DNA of 64,000 bases, from the IMG/VR virus record IMGVR_UViG_3300031933_000215, positions 62,001-126,000 of that record; one strand, given 5' to 3'. Numbering within the stretch: position 1 is the first letter of the stretch; each line of letters opens with the position of its first letter. The translations under genes were made by a program, and so were the position numbers. A model generated the notes under the pieces. The model had not been told where the DNA came from. It saw nothing but the letters and a program-made list of their open reading frames with translations, and made no database searches. Below are positions 55,607 to 64,000 of this stretch, piece by piece.

Positions 55607-58330
55607 ATGGCTGTTCAAGACGGGAATCGACGATACCCGAAGTTGGCGTACACGCGGAACGCGTCCGATTCGGTCAACGCAATACTGTCCAAGCTGGTCC
55701 GTGACCAGAGTCAAGTTGGGGATCGCCCCAGTGATCCACGTAACATCACGGTCTCACGTGATCTGTTTGAACAAATCTCACAGGCCACCAGTCAGGATGC
55801 CATCGATGCCGATTCGGTGTTCCAACTGCTGCCAGATGTGGAGTTGACCGAGCAGATTCTGGTTGGCAGTATCTTGTCACCCAAAGACATGTCATCGGTG
55901 GACCTGAACTTCACCGTCGATGAACGGTTATTCGACAGTGAGCTGGCCCGCCCACTCCTAGGTGTGATCCAGGATTATTTCAAAAACGACTATAAGATTG
56001 ACGACCGCTTGGACGGCATGCTCGAAGAGATGCTGTTTACCAAGGGCGCTCACATTCTGGCGGTCCTACCCGAAAACAACCTGGACATGATCATCAATGG
56101 CGAAGAACGCCTGTCCATGGAAAGTTACAACCGGGTGGTGCAGCGCATCAACCAAGGTCGACCCATGGGCTTTTTGGGACACCCACGTGAGCCCCGGGTA
56201 TCCATGGAAACCTTCCGAGGCGGTCTGGAACAAGCCACGGGCATCCACGGTGAAATCAATGACGATCGCGGTCGGAAGAAGCCACTGTCCGTCCCAGGCG
56301 TTACCGTGACCGATAACTTCGACGTTCTGAAGAACACCGGTGTGCGTCATCGGGGGCGTCAGCTGAAGATCAACTCCCTGTTGAACCGTCATAAGGTGTC
56401 CATGGAGGCGGCCAGCCAAGGGCTGTCGCCGGAAGACATTGACGCGCTGTATAACAAGCGCGGTCAACAGCCGGCGCAACACACGCAGGTGCTCCCCACT
56501 CAGGAATACATGAATCGTCCTTCCAAAGGTCATCCTTTGGTGATGAAGCTGCCGGTGGAAAGCGTGATCCCGGTCCACGTTCCGGGACAACCGGAAGAGC
56601 ACGTTGGGTATTTCGTCATGATCGACCAGAACGGTCGTCCGGTTGTTCGTGAGGAAGGGAAGGATTATTACGGCGAACTGCGCAGTAATTTCAAAGGCAA
56701 TACCAAGGACAACACCTCTGAGCTGGTCAAGCGCACCAAAGAAGCCATGGGCATGGCCAGCAACGAAAACGGGTTGGAGTTTGATCAAATCCAACAAGCC
56801 TACACTGGGATCATTGAAAACGACCTGGTGAACCGTTTGCGCAATGGCCTGTACGGCGAGGAATTCGAACTGGGTGCAGCCACTGACATCTATCGGATCA
56901 TGTTGTACCGGTCACTGAAGAACCAGAACACTCAACTGCTGTACATCCCCTCCGAACTGGTGGTGTATATGGCGTTCGATTACAACAAGCACGGCATTGG
57001 CCAAACCCTGTTGACGCAGTCGAAGATCCTGTCTTCCATGCGCAGTGTGTTGTTGTTTGCTGAGACCATGTCGGGAGTGCGCAATGCGGTCGGTCGGAAA
57101 CGGGCCAACATCAGTGTCGATCCCGAAGACCCCGATCCGGAGAAAACCATCTCGGACGTTCAGGCGGCCATTCTGGAAAGTTCCCACCGAGGGTTCCCTC
57201 TGGCCTCACCCGATCCCGGTCAGACGCTGGACTACCTCAACCGGGCTGGGTTTGATTTCTCCATCAACGTTGAGTCGGACAACTACCCCACCACCAAGGT
57301 GGAATTTGACGACTACAATAGCAACGTTCAGGCGGGCAGTCCCGAACTGCAAGACCGTCTGCGTCGGATGCACATCTCTGGTTTTGGGATGAACCCCGAA
57401 TTGGTGGACCCGCAATCCAGTCCTGATTTTGCTACCAGTGTGGTGAACAACAACCTGATCATGACCCGTCGGGTCATTCGGTATCAGAAACGGTTCACTC
57501 GGATGGTGTCCAAGTTCACGCAGTTGGTGTCCAATCACTCGGCCAATATCCGTGCCAAATTGGCGGAGGTTATGGAAGAACAGAAGGCCAAACTGACCAC
57601 GGAACAGAAGCGGGAAGATACCGAGGCGCTCATCGACCAATTCGTCGAGGCGATCACGGTCACACTGCCCGCGCCGGACACCACTCGCATTGACCAACAG
57701 CTGCAAGCGTACGACCAGTACTCACAATTGTTGGAGCGGGCATTGGAAGCGTACATCACCCAAGACCTGTTCCCGCCCGAGGTACTGGCTCGGGAACCGA
57801 ACACGGTCGATCACGTGATTGCGGTCATCAAAGCGTACTACCAGCGGATGTGGTTGGATCGCAACAACGTCATGCCGGAACTGGACAAACTGACGGAGAT
57901 GGAGGACGACAAACACGCCTTCAATCTGTTCGATGTCCAAGAAGGTCAGATCTCGTCGCTGGGTAAGGCCATTCAGGAATACCTGGATCAGATCGAAGAT
58001 CACCGTAAGGTCTGGGAAGAGCGCAACCAACCCGACGAGGAAGAGGAAGAATCCACAGACGGTGGTGACGAATACGGCGCGGACGAGACTGGCGGTGACG
58101 ACACCGGCGGTGAGGAAACCGAGACCGGTGGGGATGACGACCTCGACTTCGGTTTAGACGAAGAGGAGTCTGAAAGCACGGAAGAAGAGGAGGAAGCCTC
58201 TGAGGACACTGAGACCGAAGAAGAGGTTGAGGAAGAGCCTGAGGAGGAAGAAGAAACCCCTGAGGAAGAGGAAGAACCGGAAGAGGAGGAAGAGCCCGGT
58301 GAGGAAGATGAGGACGAGAACAAGTCTTAA
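55607..58330 (+). CDS. portal protein (phiKZ gp129-like) with long acidic C-terminal tail
   Basis: 907 aa; QLLPD.EL..QILV.SILSP.D, GHPLV..LP.ESVIPV..PG.P..H.GYF; three SME sites; SD AAGGAGG. Confidence 0.8.
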   Translation: MAVQDGNRRYPKLAYTRNASDSVNAILSKLVRDQSQVGDRPSDPRNITVSRDLFEQISQATSQDAIDADSVFQLLPDVELTEQILVGSILSPKDMSSVDLNFTVDERLFDSELARPLLGVIQDYFKNDYKIDDRLDGMLEEMLFTKGAHILAVLPENNLDMIINGEERLSMESYNRVVQRINQGRPMGFLGHPREPRVSMETFRGGLEQATGIHGEINDDRGRKKPLSVPGVTVTDNFDVLKNTGVRHRGRQLKINSLLNRHKVSMEAASQGLSPEDIDALYNKRGQQPAQHTQVLPTQEYMNRPSKGHPLVMKLPVESVIPVHVPGQPEEHVGYFVMIDQNGRPVVREEGKDYYGELRSNFKGNTKDNTSELVKRTKEAMGMASNENGLEFDQIQQAYTGIIENDLVNRLRNGLYGEEFELGAATDIYRIMLYRSLKNQNTQLLYIPSELVVYMAFDYNKHGIGQTLLTQSKILSSMRSVLLFAETMSGVRNAVGRKRANISVDPEDPDPEKTISDVQAAILESSHRGFPLASPDPGQTLDYLNRAGFDFSINVESDNYPTTKVEFDDYNSNVQAGSPELQDRLRRMHISGFGMNPELVDPQSSPDFATSVVNNNLIMTRRVIRYQKRFTRMVSKFTQLVSNHSANIRAKLAEVMEEQKAKLTTEQKREDTEALIDQFVEAITVTLPAPDTTRIDQQLQAYDQYSQLLERALEAYITQDLFPPEVLAREPNTVDHVIAVIKAYYQRMWLDRNNVMPELDKLTEMEDDKHAFNLFDVQEGQISSLGKAIQEYLDQIEDHRKVWEERNQPDEEEEESTDGGDEYGADETGGDDTGGEETETGGDDDLDFGLDEEESESTEEEEEASEDTETEEEVEEEPEEEEETPEEEEEPEEEEEPGEEDEDENKS

Positions 58331-58342
58331 TCGGAGCTTGGT

Positions 58343-58789
58343 ATGATCGTGGAGTACTGCGGCAATTTGTTGGACAGTCGCCAACAAACGTTGGTTTGCA
58401 CCACCAATTGTCGCGGTGCCATGGGTGCGGGTCTGGCACTGGCGTTTAAAAAACGCTACCCAGACACGTACCGCGCCTACCGAGAGTTTTACCGGAACGA
58501 ATGGTTGGCGGTGGATCGACTTTTGACCGCGCCGCTGAACGACGGGTCGGGTCGACAGGTGCTGTTCTTTCCCACCAAAGACGACTGGCGTCAACCCAGT
58601 CGAATGGAATGGGTGGAACACAACTTACACACACTGGCCAGTCAGTACCATCAGTTGGACATCACCAGTTTGGCCTTGCCCATGTTGGGAACCCTGAATG
58701 GGAAATTGCCGAGCGAGCCGGTGTATCAGTTGATCCATAAAACCTTCGCCAACCATCCCCTTTACGTGGAACTTTACGTGCCTTTCTAA
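58343..58789 (+). CDS. macrodomain ADP-ribosyl hydrolase, DarG/TARG1(Poa1p)-like
   Basis: GNLLD, N..GAMGAGLA..FK.RYP, FPTK.DWR.PSRMEWV, SLALP.LG..NG.L. Confidence 0.85.
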   Translation: MIVEYCGNLLDSRQQTLVCTTNCRGAMGAGLALAFKKRYPDTYRAYREFYRNEWLAVDRLLTAPLNDGSGRQVLFFPTKDDWRQPSRMEWVEHNLHTLASQYHQLDITSLALPMLGTLNGKLPSEPVYQLIHKTFANHPLYVELYVPF

Positions 58790-58790
58790 C

Positions 58791-58819
58791 GGTGCCCTTC
58801 GGGGCACCTTTTATGTCGA
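58791..58819 (+). terminator. intrinsic terminator followed by TATGTCG
   Basis: GGTGCCC-TTCG-GGGCACC-TTTTATGTCG. Confidence 0.85.
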
Positions 58820-58907
58820 TAAACGGCGCCGGCCTCGTAATTCTATGTACTTTCGGGACGAGACAACCCCAAAGGTGCATCCTCAAAGACAGTTGGAGAA
58901 CCCCAAA

Positions 58908-59447
58908 ATGGCTTACGATATTTCCATGACATCCAAGGACCAGGTCCTTGAGTTGTTGAACCAGAGCGCTGGGTTGTCGCTGACGTGGGAACAGATTGAG
59001 TTCGACGTTCCGGCGATTAACACCAACCCGGCTTACGACCGGAACACCGAACTGGTCATCACCGGTATTCCAGATTTCGGTTACAAAGGCACTGCGTCCA
59101 TTTACTACAACCGGATCGATCTGGCGGAGTTTGTCAACATTGCCCGTAACCCGTTTGTGGTTCAGGTGGATGTGGACCCGGACACCGGTACCTTGACCCT
59201 CCAGGACATCCTGGACGGTTTCAATAACTACTTCGGTTCGGCCCTGGCCCTCGAAGACATCGCCGACTCCTACGTACTGCCCACCAACTGGGCGGACGGT
59301 GAGTCGTTCACCATGGAAGCCAACGCTTGGTCCTACGCGTACCGGGGCAACGTGAGCTTCATCGTACGTCCGTTGGACGTTGACATTGACGTTGCGGTTG
59401 AGAACAAACTCCTCGACGGCCTGGTACTGACTGAACCGACACCTTAA
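58908..59447 (+). CDS. tail/baseplate protein (phiKZ gp130-like)
   Basis: ATG 58908 with GGAG; RNTEL...G....GY.G...IYYNRIDL. Confidence 0.75.
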   Translation: MAYDISMTSKDQVLELLNQSAGLSLTWEQIEFDVPAINTNPAYDRNTELVITGIPDFGYKGTASIYYNRIDLAEFVNIARNPFVVQVDVDPDTGTLTLQDILDGFNNYFGSALALEDIADSYVLPTNWADGESFTMEANAWSYAYRGNVSFIVRPLDVDIDVAVENKLLDGLVLTEPTP

Positions 59448-59465
59448 TAAATCGGGATATTCATT

Positions 59466-60302
59466 ATGGATGCGTTTTACAAAGACACCAAAAAACAGTT
59501 ACTGGATACAATCAACGCCCTGAATGACCTACCCATTCCGCTGGGAGAAGAAACTGTTCTTTTGGGCAGCGCAACCCCTAATGAAGAAACCGGTTTGGTG
59601 GAAGTGGGTGTGCGTGGCGTGCATGGACAGGGGTACCGTAAGGACCCCGTCCGTGTCTCGTACAGTCGGCTGGAATTGGGACGTCTGTTCGGCGGGGTAG
59701 CTAATCCCTCGATCCGGACTCTGAGTCAATCGACGTTACATCGACTACTGCCCCGGCTCAACAAGATCCTGGGGACACGTTTTACCGTGGATGACGTTGA
59801 GGACGTGGATTTCAGTGTTCACGGTCAAGACGCCACCGTAGAGTTCATCGTGGCGGCTAAGCCCGACTCCCGATTCTATTCCGGTTCGTTCACTCTGACG
59901 TTCAATCGTCACTGGTTGCTGCTGGAAGAGGTGGTCGATCCCTTGGTCGCGGCGTTTGTGCACCCCGACCCCTTGCTGGAAAACAAAACTTCAGCGGGGA
60001 TGTTGACGTGGGGGTTGGACTTTACCCCAATCGCTCATCTTTTGACGATCGACCCCACCGCTGCGGATTACCGAGGGGACTACACTAACGTGGGTGCGTT
60101 ACAGCAAGCGTTGGCGGATCAGTACCGCATTGACCTGTGGCCGTCCAATGCCGAGGCCTTGGTCACCACCGCGTCGGTGAAGGATTACCCCACCTCCGAG
60201 GTGGAACGAGCCAACCGTGACTTCCAACGGGTGGTGGTGCAGACCAACATCGACGCACGGGGCTACATTGGCACCGCCTACTTCCATTACAATCTGACGT
60301 AA
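59466..60302 (+). CDS. tail fibre-associated paralog 1 (phiKZ gp131-135-type family)
   Basis: Y.RL.L..LF, TWG.DFT, C-terminal YFHYN. Confidence 0.75.
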   Translation: MDAFYKDTKKQLLDTINALNDLPIPLGEETVLLGSATPNEETGLVEVGVRGVHGQGYRKDPVRVSYSRLELGRLFGGVANPSIRTLSQSTLHRLLPRLNKILGTRFTVDDVEDVDFSVHGQDATVEFIVAAKPDSRFYSGSFTLTFNRHWLLLEEVVDPLVAAFVHPDPLLENKTSAGMLTWGLDFTPIAHLLTIDPTAADYRGDYTNVGALQQALADQYRIDLWPSNAEALVTTASVKDYPTSEVERANRDFQRVVVQTNIDARGYIGTAYFHYNLT

Positions 60303-60311
60303 GAGGTCAAC

Positions 60312-61163
60312 ATGTCACTGTATAAAGACCCCCGACTTACCTTGCTGGGCTTGGTCGAGTCGGAAAACAACATTCAGCTGGACCCGGCTGACTACGACTT
60401 TGAAAACCCAACACCTGCCACGCCGCCGGAAGGGTCAACGGCCAGCTACAACACCAAGGTGACACTCAAGGCCAATAACCCTGCCGCGCCCTACGTCGGG
60501 TCTGTGGACATCTTCTACAACCGACTCAACGTGGCGGATTTGGATGTGTTGGCCGACATCTACGTCCAGACCCCTGCACTGACCACCACCCATGACGTCA
60601 TTGATTCCCTGAACCGTCGGTACGGGTTGAACTTTGAAACCACCGATCTGGTGAACCACCCCACGGTGGATCACGGCACGTATAAGACGGTGACGCTGGA
60701 AGCCGAACCGACCAGTTTGGGCTGGATTGGTACGTTGGACATCAGTGCCACCGAAGGCGACTTGGTGTTGGAAGAGCATGTCCTGAACACCGGTTTGGGT
60801 GGGTTGAATTACCCGACCGAATCCACGGATCGGACGTTCGCCCACTTCTACAGCTATTGGCGGGATTTCAGCGACCACCACGATACCCTGAAGACCCTCA
60901 GTGCCGGTGACGCCATTGGACTGGAGTTGGTGACTATTCTGGACACCGTCACCGGCGACCCATGGCAAGGCTCTGGGGTGTCGGACTACTCACTGGGGAA
61001 CGCGGAGATCATCTACGCCGGCCCCACCGACGGGTACCCGAACACCAACGACGACTACGACATGGTCATGATCGTCCGTTTGGACCCCACACAGTGTTTG
61101 GCGCTCGATGGGGACTTGGTGATCCACCACGGTCCGGACGCACTCGCGACACTGGGCTTTTAA
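60312..61163 (+). CDS. tail fibre-associated paralog 2
   Basis: YNT, Y.GSV..FYNRL, SLGW.G, GLNYP, Y..DFS. Confidence 0.75.
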   Translation: MSLYKDPRLTLLGLVESENNIQLDPADYDFENPTPATPPEGSTASYNTKVTLKANNPAAPYVGSVDIFYNRLNVADLDVLADIYVQTPALTTTHDVIDSLNRRYGLNFETTDLVNHPTVDHGTYKTVTLEAEPTSLGWIGTLDISATEGDLVLEEHVLNTGLGGLNYPTESTDRTFAHFYSYWRDFSDHHDTLKTLSAGDAIGLELVTILDTVTGDPWQGSGVSDYSLGNAEIIYAGPTDGYPNTNDDYDMVMIVRLDPTQCLALDGDLVIHHGPDALATLGF

Positions 61164-61175
61164 GGGAGGTGAGCG

Positions 61176-61994
61176 ATGATTAATGGCTTGGACGAATTGA
61201 TCGACCTGGTCAATACGCAAAACGACCTGCCCCGGGTAATCACCGAAGAGAACGTGGTCTTTGAATACCCACGCACGCTTTTGCCGTACAGCGTGGCCGA
61301 TCAAGGCAGTCGGAACACGGCGGTGACGTTGAAGGGGATTCCCTACAAAGGCTACGACGGTCAAACGGATGTGTATTACAAGCGGGGTGATCTGAACAGC
61401 CTGTTTGAGGGGATGAACCCCAACATCCGGGAAAACGACCTGACCGTGGAGAAGGTCTTGGCGGCGGTGAATCGCAAGTACGGGTTAAAGCTCGAACTGC
61501 GGGACGTGGACCCCATTGACCTGAGTGTGTTCGATGACGCGTCACTGGAAACCACCGAGCCGGTGGAGTTGCGGGTGATTGATAACTCCTACCGCTGGCT
61601 GGGGACAGTGTCCATCGCCACCACGTACGGTAACCCACTGCTGACCAGCATTGTGTTTGTGCAACTCTTACCACTGTTGGAACACCCGGACGACGTAGAG
61701 CTTCTCAACGGCCGTCTGTCGGGCAAAATGCAGACCTGGGGGGTTGACTTCACTGCGTGGAAAGATCGCCTTCAGATCGATCCTGACAGCGGTGAGTGGC
61801 GCAACTTCGCCGACGTCCAGAACATCGGTCAGGACGTAGCAGGTCTGTCGTATTGGTACAACTCCACCGTGGTGGATCTCCCCACCGATTCGGTTCCCGG
61901 TGCGAACCCCGCGTTTGAACGCGTGATGGTGCAGAATACCCCCCTGGGGACGGTCAAAGGTCCGTTGTATTTCCATTACGACGTCAACTGGTAA
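61176..61994 (+). CDS. tail fibre-associated paralog 3
   Basis: RNT, GY.G..DVYYKR.DL, TWGVDFT, LYFHY. Confidence 0.75.
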   Translation: MINGLDELIDLVNTQNDLPRVITEENVVFEYPRTLLPYSVADQGSRNTAVTLKGIPYKGYDGQTDVYYKRGDLNSLFEGMNPNIRENDLTVEKVLAAVNRKYGLKLELRDVDPIDLSVFDDASLETTEPVELRVIDNSYRWLGTVSIATTYGNPLLTSIVFVQLLPLLEHPDDVELLNGRLSGKMQTWGVDFTAWKDRLQIDPDSGEWRNFADVQNIGQDVAGLSYWYNSTVVDLPTDSVPGANPAFERVMVQNTPLGTVKGPLYFHYDVNW

Positions 61995-62015
61995 TTCTTT
62001 AACGAAGGACATGAC

Positions 62016-62978
62016 ATGTTTTTCTACGACAAAACACCCAAGCAAATGCTCGTTGACTTGATCAACGAAGCAAACCCGGATCTGCCGTTCCCGATCAATG
62101 TGACGGACTACGAGTTCCTCGATCCGGTCACCATCGAAGAAACCCCGGAAGGTCACAACACCCAGATCCGTCTGTACGCCCATCCCGAGGCCCCGTACTT
62201 TGGTAACATCGTTCTGACGTACCGTCGGTTGGACCTGGCCCGCCTGTTCTGGGGCATTACCCCGCGCATTCAGAAGTGGTTCCCAGGCAGTGATGACGTT
62301 GGGGACAACGGCGAGGTCATCGCCACCCTGTACGATATTCTTCCGTTGTTCTCGAAACAGTACGGTCTGTTATTGGACTCGTCCCAGATTCAGAACCAGA
62401 ACATGACTGCGTACTACGGTGCCGAGGAAGGGCGTCTGTACACCATGCGGGCCCGTACGGACTCGTACATTTACGTGGGCAGTGTGAACTACAACTGGAT
62501 GTCCGGTCGTCGGGGTCTGGAAGACGTGGTGACCAACGATGAAACCGTGGGCATTTACTACCCTGGCGGGAACGACTTCACCGACCCGGCAGCGCGTAAG
62601 CGTTACCTAACTCCACTGACGTACGACTACGATTTCTCCCTGATGTATTTCAACAACTCGTATGAGTGGGATCAGACGTACCGTTACTATATCGGTCATA
62701 GTTCCGAAGACGACCATCACCGGAACTTCGTGGAACAAATTGCCGATGTGATCGAAGCTGCCACCGGTATTCGCCCACCCCAGGTGATTTACAGCAACGG
62801 TACTGAATACCGAAACACCGAATTCAGTCTGAACGGTTTCGACATCACACATACCTCACTGCCGAATGCGGCCTTCCCAGAAGCCAACGCGGAGTTCTTC
62901 AACCGCGCCATCATTCTGGAATGTCCGGCAGATTGCCCATGGGGTGTTGGTAACCTCTACTTCCACTACAACAAGTAA
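62016..62978 (+). CDS. tail fibre-associated paralog 4
   Basis: HNT, Y.G....TYRRLDL..LF, Y.YDFS, LYFHYN. Confidence 0.75.
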   Translation: MFFYDKTPKQMLVDLINEANPDLPFPINVTDYEFLDPVTIEETPEGHNTQIRLYAHPEAPYFGNIVLTYRRLDLARLFWGITPRIQKWFPGSDDVGDNGEVIATLYDILPLFSKQYGLLLDSSQIQNQNMTAYYGAEEGRLYTMRARTDSYIYVGSVNYNWMSGRRGLEDVVTNDETVGIYYPGGNDFTDPAARKRYLTPLTYDYDFSLMYFNNSYEWDQTYRYYIGHSSEDDHHRNFVEQIADVIEAATGIRPPQVIYSNGTEYRNTEFSLNGFDITHTSLPNAAFPEANAEFFNRAIILECPADCPWGVGNLYFHYNK

Positions 62979-62989
62979 CAGGTGCATTC

Positions 62990-63913
62990 ATGAACCTTGA
63001 TCAGTTTACAAACTTGGCTGCGCTTCATCGGACCTCGCACGAAGCGCTGGTGGAATTCATTGCGCAGACCAACAACGTGGCCTTGAACCCCGACTACGTG
63101 TTCTTCTCGCCCCCGGCGCGGGTGGAGGACACTTGGCGGGCCGGGACCACCGATAAGAACACCATTATTCGGATGACCACCACCGAAGACAACCCAGACT
63201 ACCAAGGGACTGTCATCGTTGTTTACGACCGACTGAACTTAGCCGACCTGGGCAAGTTGGTGGAACCGGTGTTGGAGGTCTACCAACCCCAAACGACCCA
63301 CGATCTGATTCGCCCGTTTTTCTTGAAGTACGGCATTGTGTTGGATCAGGCCGATCTGGTGGACGAGCCGCTGGTGCGCATCAATGACAACGAGCTGGAA
63401 GACCCGATCTACGAGATCAACGCAGCTCCTACCTCTCTGCGATGGTACGGTACTTTGCAGGTGACGCACAAAGAAGGTCGAGGTGAGTTTAAGGATTACA
63501 TGACCGAAGACGTCCTGCCAGGCCTGAACTACCCGGTTGAGAACGATGACGGTACTCGGGGCTCGGCCATCGTGTACATGTACTCTCTGGATTTCACCGA
63601 CGTGAAAGACGTACTGGAGACCTACCCGGTAGAGTATGTGGTGGACGAAACCGACACGGCCCTGCTGGACGCGATTCAACAGATCGACACTGGCAACGGT
63701 AAGATGCTCTGGAACCTGGACCCGGCGGCGACCGCGTGGAGTCTGCATGGTGCTGAGATCATCGCCAGTGGTATCAACGACGAATCACTGCCGACCAACA
63801 AGTCGTACAAATATGTGTTGGGTATCCGCCTGCGGGCTGACGTGGACACCCCACCGGGTGACATGTACCTGCATTACAACGACGTGTTCGATCCGACGAA
63901 GTTGGTTCAGTAA
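62990..63913 (+). CDS. tail fibre-associated paralog 5
   Basis: KNT, YQG....YDRL.L, SLRW.G, GLNYP, MYLHYN. Confidence 0.75.
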   Translation: MNLDQFTNLAALHRTSHEALVEFIAQTNNVALNPDYVFFSPPARVEDTWRAGTTDKNTIIRMTTTEDNPDYQGTVIVVYDRLNLADLGKLVEPVLEVYQPQTTHDLIRPFFLKYGIVLDQADLVDEPLVRINDNELEDPIYEINAAPTSLRWYGTLQVTHKEGRGEFKDYMTEDVLPGLNYPVENDDGTRGSAIVYMYSLDFTDVKDVLETYPVEYVVDETDTALLDAIQQIDTGNGKMLWNLDPAATAWSLHGAEIIASGINDESLPTNKSYKYVLGIRLRADVDTPPGDMYLHYNDVFDPTKLVQ

Positions 63914-63961
63914 TTCACACGGGGGTGGGTCACCACCCCCATGAATGCAAGGGTATTAGGC

Positions 63962-64000
63962 ATGGCCTTTTATGAAAAGAAACCCAATCAACTGTTGATC
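63962..64000 (+). CDS. start of another tail paralog (truncated by window edge)
   Basis: MAFYEKKPNQLLI resembles MFFYDKTPKQMLV of 62016. Confidence 0.55.
   Translation, partial: MAFYEKKPNQLLI

Noticed and set aside
1694-58330. Introns or inteins in RNAP subunits, helicase, capsid or portal
   Set aside because: ORFs are uninterrupted and of expected size; no intein or homing-endonuclease motifs seen
4188-58819. Recurrent CCCTCCC/GGGAGGG and CTTCGG hairpins as CRISPR repeats or mobile elements
   Set aside because: Dispersed singly after stop codons, not regularly spaced with spacers; explained as terminators
1-64000. Genome-wide stop-codon reassignment (TAG or TGA recoding)
   Set aside because: Core genes are full length in the standard code and several genes end at TAG or TGA next to terminators or new starts

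Overview
This window is a 64-kb segment of a phiKZ-like (Chimalliviridae-type) jumbo phage genome, syntenic with roughly phiKZ gp77-gp135. gp numbers are from memory of gene order and motifs, not from a database search. Core genes: a virion RNAP beta' C-terminal subunit, the exonuclease/motif-A half of a split family-B DNA polymerase, a block of head/inner-body proteins with S/A/G-x-E prohead-protease sites, baseplate proteins, DnaB-like helicase, major capsid protein, a non-virion RNAP beta subunit, portal and a tandem array of tail-protein paralogs. Accessory islands (about 4.2-10 kb, 33.9-39.9 kb, 44.5-46.8 kb) follow a repeated early-promoter motif, CTATATCAC-N5-TGAA. Main leads: (1) a dnaX-type A_AAA_AAG slippery site at the end of the polymerase gene that would fuse it by -1 frameshifting to an otherwise start-less NADAR-like domain, in a genome that also carries a DarG-like macrodomain, suggesting a fork-tethered eraser of DNA ADP-ribosylation; (2) four dense structured-RNA candidates, two with their own promoter core and terminator; (3) a directional TATG(T/C/A)CG tail on terminator hairpins; (4) candidate counter-defence or host-modifying genes (Gp49/Acb4-like sponge, TIKI/ChaN-like metalloenzyme, ATP-grasp ligase, Ntn-hydrolase-like protein). 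No CRISPR array, canonical tRNA, rRNA, intron or transposase was seen.
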